From positions 149,358,001 to 149,422,000 of the forward strand of contig NC_043000.1 of NCBI RefSeq assembly GCF_006345805.1: a DNA stretch of 64,000 nt, given 5' to 3'. The stretch is from Octopus sinensis. Its lineage: Eukaryota. Positions 51,721 to 61,729 of the stretch are shown piece after piece. How positions within the stretch are numbered: position 1 is the first letter of the stretch; the number at the start of each line of letters is the position of its first letter. A program made the position numbers and the translations under genes. Under the pieces are notes generated by a model. The model made no database searches. It was not told the origin of the DNA and was given only the letters and a program-made list of their open reading frames with translations.

Positions 51721-52284
51721 ATGCTAATAAGGTGTGACTGGGGCTCTCAAAGCTTAATGCGTGCACACACAACTGGGTCCCTACCAAGCCTACAAATGCT
51801 GCTTCATCCCTCTTTTGCACCCACTAGACAGTTGGGTCTCTCCTTCAAGCCATTTTTTATTGACATCTCATTTTTACCAGTGACTCTCCCATTCTTGTTT
51901 GTATCCATCTTTTTCTCTCTTCTCACTTGTAACCTTTAACCCAATCCTTCGTTACTCCACTACTCACCTTTCAAATGCTTTCCTATCTACTGTTTAACAT
52001 GTGACTGTAAGAAATGAAAGCAGAACCTGCTACTATACCATACTGTTATCTTTGTACTACCAGCTTTCACTCCCTCTCCTCTGTGCCATCCCCAAATGGC
52101 ATCCATTTCTCATTTTTATAATTGTCTACTCCACTCATATTTATCAACCCCACCTTTGCTCACCATTCAGTACATTTATTCCCTATATACATCTGACCAC
52201 TTTGAAGACCATGCTGCTATCCCTCTTTCACTCCATTTTCATACTCTTGCAATCTTATCCACCCTTCCTGATTATTCTGTACCT

Positions 52285-52695
52285 CTTTACTCTTTTACTC
52301 TTTTACTTGTTTCAGTCATTTGACTGCGGCCATGCTGGAGCACCGCCTTTAATCGAGCAACTCGACCCCGGGACTTATTCTTTTGTAAGCCCAGTACTTA
52401 TTCTATCGGTCTCTTTTGCCGAACCGCTAAGTAACGGGGACATAAACACACCAGCATCGGTTGTCAAGCAATGCTAGGGGGACAAACACACTCACACAAA
52501 CACACACACGCATATATATATACATATATATGATGGGCTTCTTTCAGTTTCCGTCTACCAAATCCACCCACAAGGCTTTGGTCAGCCCGAGGCTATAGTA
52601 GAAGACACTTGCCCAAGGTGCCATGCAGTGGGACTGAACCCGGAACCATGTGGTTGGTAAACAAGCTACTTACCACACAGCCACTTCTGCGCCTA
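52285..52695 (-). mobile_element. SINE family A
   Basis: Full head and tail. Confidence 0.9.
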
Positions 52696-52899
52696 TGTAC
52701 CCATGCTCTCTATTTACTGTCTTGGACATGTTACCATGAAAGTATGTTCTGGAATATTGACTCTATCATATTTACCTCACTTTTGGGTATCACTTCAGCC
52801 TTTTCCATTCACCCATGTTAAATGTAAGGTAATAATGAATCCTTTGATCATACTGTAACCTCTCAACCCTTGTGTAAAGCAATCACTTAATCACCTATT

Positions 52900-53137
52900 T
52901 GAGGGGCTCTTTAATCTTGCAAGTTATCAGGTAACCTCAGTAGTGCTGGTGCCATGGAAAGAAAGCACCCAGTACACTCTGTAAAGTAGTTAGTGTTAGG
53001 AAGAGCATCCAGCTGTAGAAACCATGCCAAAACTGAGATACTGAAGCATGACATAGTCCTCCAACCTGTTTAAGCCTGTCAAAATATGCAACTCAAGCCA
53101 GCATGAAAAGTGGACGTAAAAGTGATGATGATGATGA
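52900..53137 (+). mobile_element. Old RTE-type 3' UTR fragment
   Basis: ttaggaagagcatccagctgtagaaacc...ggacgtaaaa followed by (GAT)n. Confidence 0.7.
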
Positions 53138-53170
53138 TTTATTTATACTTTAATTAAAATGACAATTTGT

Positions 53171-55036
53171 TGTGGTGAAATCTTGACACTCCTGGGGGTT
53201 AGCAAGTGAACTGTCCTAAACCTTTTAAAGGTGGATGTGTACTGACGGTGCGAGGTACAGTGTGGTGTTTTCTGGTTAAAATCCTGGTGATTCCGTAGAA
53301 ATAAGTGGTGTTATAATTGCTATAGTATATTTGTTGAAGGTCTCCCCTCGTGTGTGTACCTACGATTGTTGATTGTTGAAATTGCTATTTTTACATACGA
53401 GTTTGTAGCTTTGTGTTTCTTTTCTTCCCGTTTATAGGGGAGCTTGAGAAGAGAAGAAAAATGGAACAAGTACCAGAAAAAGGCCACAGTTATGCGGCAG
53501 TAACTGGTAGAGGAGTAGACTCTGACGCTTTGGAGGTTCGTGAGGTGAAGGTAGAACCGAAGTAGCTAAAAGAGTCCGAAAAGTTATTGAAAAGAGAAGG
53601 CCATACTTTAAAATTAACGCTACCAGATGAACTAACAAATTGTGCAAGAAACAGAACTGTGATATACAAAACACTGAAAGTGTCATCGAAAAAAATTGAA
53701 ATCGCAACTATCGAAGCCATTTGCGAGTGTCTAAAAGCAGTTAAAAAGTTCACCACTTTTATCACAAGAGGAAGGAAGTATCGCATAGCGGAGGTGCGCT
53801 TCGTGACGGAAGACGAAGCGATAAAGCACGCCACTGTAGTCATAAATACGGAAGAATGGGTACTTTTGCCAACGTACTATGGCAAGCGTGTTGCCAGGGT
53901 GAGAGTTGGAAAAGTACCCCCAGAAATAAATGAAAGATGGTTGGTAGCAGCGATAATGTTTAACATGGAGGAAGATGCAAAAATACTTAAAGTGACGAGA
54001 AACAAAAGGTTAAATTGTATGGCATAGAGATGTCCATACAAGCAATTTTAAGTGACTTAAACAAAACTACAGAGAAATAATTTTACCTGAGGATGTGAGG
54101 CTGATAGTGGTAGTGGAAAGCAGGCCTCCTATATGTTATCAATGCAGGGGAAAAGGCCATATGAAGGCGAGGTGTCCCCAGAGAGAGAGAGAGAGAGAAC
54201 AACAGATGGAACAATCTGAAGAAAAGAGGTGGACGAAGTGGTAGAAGATGGTGTGAAGGAGACGGTAATAATGGAGAAAGCGTTCACAGTGGTTAAAAAA
54301 CGAAAAAGAAAAGAAAGAGTAAGCTCTCCGCCGGAGAGGCAGAAAAAGAAAAAAAGAAGAGCTTGAGAAAGAGGTGACAGTAGCAAAGGTACTGGCTACA
54401 TTAGCGGAGGAGGAAGATTTGGGTGGTGAAGAGAGACGACAGCACGAAAGTAAAGCAGTGGCAGTATCTAAAATGGAAGAGGATAAAGACAGAGTGAAGG
54501 CGCCAAGAGTGGATCATGGGAAAAACAAACAAGCGAGAAAGCCGAAGAATTTCGTGACATACGCCAAGAACACGGCAATAGAAAAACAGATAACGAAGTT
54601 TAAATCCATAATAAGGGTGAGGTTGCCTGCGGATGTTTACACGAAAAATGTGAAAGCAATTGTTATAGATAAAGAGAGGTATAACGGGTTGAAGGAAATG
54701 CTTGGAAGGGAGATTGATCCACCGGGAGTTGAGGTGGAGTTTGGCGAACTACCGCCAGTGATGGAATATAGAGAATTAGAACCATATATGAACTATTAAA
54801 AAAAAAAGAGTAAGTAAAATGAAAAAAAAAACACTATGCTAATGGAACAAACAAAAGGAAAGAAGAGATTATAAACTGCCTGAAAGAACGGTCAAATGGT
54901 ATTGCATGAGAGTGGGGCTCAAGCAGCCATTTCATCTTCATTTATTATATCGTTTTGTGTTTTTGTCCCCACTGTGTTGTTCTGTCTGTCCTTGTGCTGT
55001 CCCCTCAGTGTAAAAGCCTGGGTGCTTAAAGAATTA
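53171..55036 (+). mobile_element. ORF1/Gag-only element, copy 1 (apparently full length; disrupted ORF 53461-54799)
   Basis: MEQVPEKGHSYAAVT start, an RRM-like region, knuckle CYQCRGKGHMKARC (54134-54175), a K/E-rich linker, and C-terminal ...FGELPPVMEYRELEPY. The short 3' UTR ends taaagaatt, and there is no RT. Confidence 0.75.
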
Positions 55037-55041
55037 GTATA

Positions 55042-55273
55042 TATTTCTTTATTGCCCACAAGGGGTTAAACATAGAGAGGACAAACAAGGACAGACAAAC
55101 GGATTAAGTCGATTACATCGACCCAGTGCGTAACTGGTACTTTATTTATCGACCCCGAAAGGATGAAAGGCAAAGTCGACCTCGGCGGAATTTGAACTCA
55201 GAACGTAACGACAGACGAAATACGGCTACGCATTTCGTCCGGCGTGCTAACGTTTCTGCCAGCTCACCGCCTT
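55042..55273 (-). mobile_element. Nin-domain SINE family D with a ~16-bp TSD
   Basis: ttaaagaattagtata occurs at 55026-55041 and 55273-55288. Confidence 0.92.
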
Positions 55274-55289
55274 TAAAGAATTAGTATAG

Positions 55290-57070
55290 TGTGATGTGTG
55301 CAGTCGCATTTGTGAAGGCAGTCGTAGAAGTCGTTGAGAAGAGATATAAGTTTGTTTCTGATTTAGTTTTAGTAGTGTTATAACACTGTTACAGTGTAGT
55401 CTAGATCCAAACTCAAGAATGTGAGTGGCATCGATACATTCGAAGCTCAGCATGGACGTTCTTAGCATGGAAGACCTGTTATCTTCAGTGGTACAGTTGC
55501 AACGGCAACTACAACAAGAACAACAGAAACAGCAACAACAGGTACAACAGCAAAATCAACAGTTGTTGGTCTTGTTGTTGCAGTATAAAAACACTTCAGG
55601 TTCGTTTCCGGCAGGCGAGGTTGCTAATTCAATTGAAGAATTTACTTATAATCCATAAGAAGGGATTACGTTTTCTGCATACTTCAGAAGATATGAAGGA
55701 ATCTTCAAACAAAAATGTAGAAATTGGGCGGAAGAAAAGAAAGTACGTCTTCCAGTAACATTGCTTTTATATTCCGGTTCTCTTCCTTATCGGCCAGCTT
55801 AATTCTTATCACGACTTTCATCTTTGAGATTTTTTTTCTCTATTTCCACACTCTCCTCGTATTGCACCATCACTCTTTCGTATTTCCCCTTCGGTGGCTT
55901 TCTTGGCTGTATCCCTTCACTCTCTGTCTGATTCCATCTCTGTTTGTTGCTCCTTTTCACTTCCTAGTCTCTTCTGTCTTTCCTCCTCCTTGCTTGTTGA
56001 AGGCTCTGGTCTTTGTGTTCGATCTTCCGTTGATTCCTCATTTTCTCTTTTTTCCTCTTTATTTTCATCCGTCTTTCTTTTCTACCACAGTGGACTCTTT
56101 TTCCCCTTCTGCCATTACAATTTCTTCTTCCCGACGCTCTTTCTCCGCCTCCTCCCGATCGTGTTTCTGGGGAGACTTGGCTTTCATGTGACCCCTTACT
56201 CCACAGGCAAAGCATATTGGAGGTCTGCTTCCCACCATAATTCTAAGTCTGGTTTCATCGGGTAAATAATTTCAACAATTTTGTGGAGGTCTGATAGGCT
56301 GATATGGTCGCTGGCCAGATCCTTCAAGATCGACTGCAATAAAAAAATATGCCTCCTCCGAAAAATATTATAATGTTACAAGCATTCTCGGGGCTCGTAA
56401 ACTATTACCAAACATATATACCAAATATGCATGAGCTAAGAGCACCCCTATACAACCTGTTGAAAAAATACGTTAAATGCTATTGGTCGGACAGGTGCCA
56501 AAAAGCGTTCGAAGAAATTTTATAAGTTTTAACATCGGAACTGTCATTATCACACTTTGATCCAAATTTAAAGATAGTAATAGCATCAGATGCTAGTGAA
56601 AATAGTATAGGAGCGGTAATTTTACACAGGTATGAAAATGATAGCCTAAAATCCAGATATGAAAATGATAGTCTTCATGCTTCAAGTTCATTGTTGGAGG
56701 CTGAAAAAACTACAGACAAATTGAGAAGGAAGTATTAGCCATTATTTTCACAAATTCATACATGAAAGGAAATTTAGTCTGAAGACAGATCACCACCCAT
56801 TGTTGTCAATTTACGGTTCGAAAAAGGGTATCCGCCACACATACAGGCAACTGATTGCAGCGCTGGGGGACGATCCTGCTAAATTATAACTTCAAGATGG
56901 AATTTCTACCACCGAAAAAACTGGGACTTGTGGATGGGCTGTCAAGATTGATACCCAAATACAATGAACCGTTAGAGGACACTGTAATAGCGGCATTAAA
57001 AGCTGAAATCAAAATAAAATATATACTCTGCGACATGGTACGTGAACTACCTGTCTCTTTAGAGCTGTGA
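55290..57070 (+). mobile_element. Decayed Gypsy-type (K02A2.6-like) LTR retrotransposon: gag start and RT/RNase H remnants
   Basis: Gag-like EFTYNP.EGITFSAYFRRYE; RT/RNase H LQAFLGLVNYY, LRAPL..LLKK, SDAS..IGAV, TDH.PL and QRW...LLNY.F. A possible further 3' remnant lies at ~57640-57830. Confidence 0.85.
55760..56300 (-). mobile_element. ORF1/Gag-only element, internal fragment (copy 4), inverted, lying within the Gypsy remnant
   Basis: Minus-strand LPDETRLRIMVGSRPPICFACGVRGHMKAKSP is homologous to copy 1 LPEDVRLIVVVESRPPICYQCRGKGHMKARCP. A K/E-rich tract follows. Confidence 0.75.
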
Positions 57071-57862
57071 TTTTCAACTAGGGTTCCGCCAGTACAGTCC
57101 AGGGGTTCCGCAAGAGGTTACATAAATGCTAAACTCGACAGTAATTTCTAATTCTCCTGTGCAGATATGTGTGCACATGTTGGGCCTACGTGTACATCTA
57201 CGATTTGCACGCCAGCGTAGATGACCCTGATCCTTGGTGTGTACATGTACGTGCACTTCTACGAGTTGCATTACAGCTTAGGTGATGGTTTAGTTTTCTT
57301 TTGTAAAATACGAGTGACTATATTTGGAAGAAACATTTTAACTGCGTAAGCCATTTAGGTGTTGTTGTTAATCCGCCTTTTAAAAAATCTTTAGCTTTTT
57401 GGAAGGCGTTTTTGTAAAATCTTTTTCTTGTATGACGTCTATTAATATTTGGTCGAATGTTAAGATTAAAAATTCGAAAGAAAGTTGAATTACATGTGTA
57501 GAAAAAAAAAAGAAATAGGGAAACTGATACTAAATTATAAGATAAGTAAATATGCATAAATATTAATTCTTTACAAATTTCTGAACACAAAAGACATTTA
57601 AAACAACTGAAAAAATGGTTTACAGAAGAAAGAATAACACATGAAGAACCAATGGAATTTCTTTATGACATTTTTGACGTCCTGGTACCTCAAGGAATAG
57701 TCGAACCAACGAGTACATCGAGTAGGAAGAGAAAACAAACAGAACTTTTGCAAGTAGAGGCCAAACGAAAAATAAATATTCCAATTTCTTCCCGGGGAAT
57801 TAAGTGGAAAAAATGGGGAAGAGGTCGTAATAAATATATAATAAATAAAAGAAAAATAGTTA

Positions 57863-58072
57863 TTTCTTTATTGTCCACAGGGGGCTAAACATATAGGAGA
57901 CAAACAAGGACAGACAAAGGAATTAAGACCTCAGTGCGTAACTGGTACTTATTTAATCGACCCTGAAAGGATGAAAGGCAAAGTCGACCTCGGCGGAATT
58001 TGAACTCAGAACGTAACGGCAGACGAAATATCGCTAAGCATTTCGCCCGGCGTGCTAACGATTCTGCCAGCT
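57863..58072 (-). mobile_element. Nin-domain SINE family D
   Basis: Same sequence family as 55042-55273. Confidence 0.88.
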
Positions 58073-58088
58073 TAAAGAGGGAAGATAT

Positions 58089-59971
58089 TATGGTGAAATT
58101 CTGACACCCCTGTGGGATGGCAAGTGATCTGTCCTAAACCTTATAAAGGCGCATGCATACTGATAGTGTGAGGTACAGTGTGGTGTGTTAATCCTCGTGG
58201 ATTGTATTGGTAGCAATTTGGGGGGGGGGGTAGTGCGTTCGGCTGTTTTCTGTAAATTTTGTTTTGTGTTACGGATAGTTATCCTTTGTTTAATGTTTTT
58301 TTCACTAGCGGGGTGTCTGTTGATTGTTTTGAATTTTAATATTGCATTTGCTTTGTGGTTGTTCTCTCCTAGTGGGGAAAAGCTACAATGGAGGTAAAGC
58401 AAGTGCGTGCTGGCAGCTACGCAGCAGTAACGAAATGCAGAAGTGTTGCAGAGGCTGTAAGAAAGTTGGAAGTAATGGAAGTGGCTGTGGACTTGGAGGC
58501 AGTGGAGAACAGCCGGGATTTATTTGGGAAAGAGGGTGCAAAGTTAGAATTGACGCCACCAACGGAGGTGACAACAAACAAAGAACTGACGACAGTGATG
58601 TACAGAACTCTGTCACTGCTAACTAGGAAGATAGAAACGGCGAGAGAAGACGTTGAAGAATGCCTGAATAAGGTGAGCGAAAAAGTCGAATATTTCTGTA
58701 GAGGCAGGAAATTTGGAACGGTGGAGGTGCGCTTCTCGACAGTGGAGGAAGCAGTAATGCACTCCACGGAAGCCTTGAAGTCGGAGAAGTGGGTACTGCT
58801 GCCAAATTATCTTGGGAAGAGAGTAACAAGAATAAGAATTGACAGGGTGCTCCCGGAAATTAAAGAAATGTGGTTGCTGGTAGCCATTATGATGGATATG
58901 GAAGACGACCCGCAGATTCTACAAGTGAGCCGCACAGAACAATTAAATTGGTGGGGTTGAGGTCTTAATCCAGGCCACCATTAGTGACCTTCAAATGATA
59001 ACAGAGGAGGTTGAACTCCCGGAGGATGTGAAACTGTGGGCAGTAGAGGAGGGAAGACCTCCCACATGTTACCACTGCGGGGAGAAGGGGTACATTAAGG
59101 TGAGCTGTCCCCTTCTCCAAAAATAAACACCAAAGGAAGTGAGAAAGGAAGAAATCAGTAGCAGTGAGAAGCCGGAGGAAGACACAGAGGGACCAAGTAT
59201 AAATGAAGTGCATGAAATACAAAATAGAAAGAGTAAAGAAACAAAGAACTCCTCGTCCCCGAAGAACTCTAAGAAAAAGAAAAGGAGAAAACACAGTAAT
59301 ACACAAACGCCCACACCGCAGCTAACAAATACAATGACACTAAACAGCCCTGAATCTCCAACCAAACGCACACATACATGTACATATAGCACAGTAACCC
59401 CAATAACAGAACACCCACAGGAAATCGCAAGCACTTCATGTACACGGAAAAACTCAAACTGAAACAGTACAGATACACCAACTGATTACACACAAATAGG
59501 CACACAATAAAAACAATATAAAATATCAACATGATTTATAACATACTACTGGACAAATTCAGTGATTGAAAAACAATTTAACAAAATGAAGACAGTTGTC
59601 AGGGTTAAAGAAGAGGAGACAGTACAAGCTCTAGGTAGGAAATGTATGATTATTGATAGAAAGTGTTACAAAAGGTTGAAAGCAATAAACCCATTGGGAG
59701 CAGAAATAGACTATTTTGGACCTTTGCCACCTGTGGTGGACTTTGAAAAATTAAATCCACTGTATACTGAACGGAAATGATTTAGTTATAATCTTGATAC
59801 AAAATAGATTTAAATGGGACTGCTCAGAAGTGGGGTCGAGTAGTAGCTATCACATCTTCCTTGTATAATTATCATATCATTCATTCGTCTATGTTGTTTG
59901 TCCCCACTTGTGCTGTCTTGTCTGTCTTTGTTCGTCCACCCTATGTACGCTTGAATAAGCAAATAAAGAAA
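58089..59971 (+). mobile_element. ORF1/Gag-only element, copy 2 (divergent subfamily; disrupted ORF 58388-59780)
   Basis: Same 5' leader as copy 1. GSYAAVT, RGRKFGTVEVRF, WVLLPNYLGKR, CYHCGEKGYIKVSC (59067-59108) and FGPLPPVV. Ends aataaagaaa. Confidence 0.75.
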
Positions 59972-61712
59972 CCGGTGGGTTAATCCTTGTGATTCTGGTT
60001 TAAATCCTTGTGATTCCGTAAAAGCAAGTGGTGTTATTGTATATTGTTGAAGGTCTCTCCCTCGTGGGTGTACCTACGATTGTTGATTGTTGAAATTACT
60101 GTTATTGTTGTTTGCATACAAACTTGTTTAATTATGATTGTTTTCTTCCCATTTATGGGAGATATGGAACAAGTACCAGCAAAAGGCCACAGTTATGCAG
60201 CAGCAACTGGTAGAGGTGTGGACATTGACGCTTTGGAAGTTCGTGAGGTGAAGATGGAGCCAAAGAAGTTGAAAGAGTGTGAGAAATTGTTGAAAAGAGA
60301 AGGTAATACTTTGAAATTAACGCCACCAAAAGATCAAACGAATAGTGTGATAAAAAGAACTGTAATATATAAAAATCGAAATTGCAACCATCGAAGCTAT
60401 CGAAGAATGTTTAAAAGAGATTAAGAAGTTCACTTTTATCACAAGAGGAAGGAAGTATGGCACAGTGGAGGTGCGATTCGTGACGGAAGACGAAGCGTTA
60501 AAACACTCCACTGTAGCCATAAAGACGGAAGAATGGGTACTTTTGCCAACGTACTGTGGCAAGCGTGTTGCCAGGGTGAGAGTAGGAAAAGTACACCCGG
60601 ATATAAATGAAACATGGTTGGTAGCAGCAATAATGATTAACGTGGAGGAAGACGTAAGAATACTTAAAGTGACGAGAACCAAAAGGTTAAATTGATCGGG
60701 GTATGGCATAGAGATGGCCATACAAGCAAGTTTGAGAGAATTAAACGAAATTACAAAGTTTTACCAGAGGATGTGAGACTGAGAGGGTAGGCCTCCCATA
60801 TGCTATCTATGTGGGGAGAAAGGCCACATGAAGGTAAGGTGTCCCCTGAGAGAGGAAGAACGACGGATGGAACAGTCTGAAGAACAAAAGAAGGAAGACG
60901 AATTGGTTCAAGAGGGTGCGAAGGAGACGGTAGTAACAGAAGAGGTGTCCACAGTGGTAAATAAGCGTAAAAGAAAAGAACGAGTAGGCTCTCCGCTGGA
61001 GAGGCAGAAAAAGAAAAAAGAGGTTGAGAAGGAGGTGACAGAAACGAGTATACTAGCTACACCAGCTGAAGATGAAGAGGAAGAGTTGCGTAGTGGATAG
61101 AGACAACAGAATGAAAGTGAATCTTCGACAAAAATGGAGGAAGAAATAGACAGTGTTGGGGTGCCAAAGGTGAAGGAAGGAAAAAACAAACAGGTGAGAA
61201 AACCGAAGAAACACAAGAACACGGTGATAGAAAAAAGACAACAAAGTTCAAATCCATAATAAGGGTGAGGTTACCAACAGAGATTTACACTGAAAATGTG
61301 AAAGCAATAGTTATAGATAAAGAAATGTATAATAAGTTAAAGGAAATATTTAAAAGCGAGATTAATCAACCCGGATTTGAGGTTGAATTTGATGAACTGC
61401 CACCTGTGGTAGAATATAGAGAATTGGAACCATATATGAACAATTGAAAATAAAGAGTAAGTAAAATTCTTTAAAAAAACGATGCTAAGGAAAAAAATTA
61501 CAAACGGAAAAAAGAAAAGATTAGAAACTGTAAAAACGTTCAAATGGTACTGCATGAGAGTGGGGCTCGTGCAGTCATTTCATTTTCATTTATTACATAA
61601 CATTTTTCTCATTTTCATTCGTTTTGTGTTTTTGTCCCCACTGTGGGGTTCTGCCTGTCCTTGTGCTGTCCCCTCTGTGTAATAGCCTGAGTGCTTGCAT
61701 AAAGAATTAGAA
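59972..61712 (+). mobile_element. ORF1/Gag-only element, copy 3 (5' leader missing; disrupted ORF 60164-61447)
   Basis: Close to copy 1: MEQVPAKGHSYAA, CYLCGEKGHMKVRC (60801-60842), FDELPPVVEYRELEPYM, and the same 3' UTR. Confidence 0.75.
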
Positions 61713-61729
61713 TTAGTACAGTTTGGTGA

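Noticed and set aside
53250-53440. Possible 5' UTR intron in the ORF1-only element (gag|gtacag ... tttatag|)
   Set aside because: The donor is weak and the acceptor AG is not conserved at that position in copy 3. It cannot be supported without transcripts.
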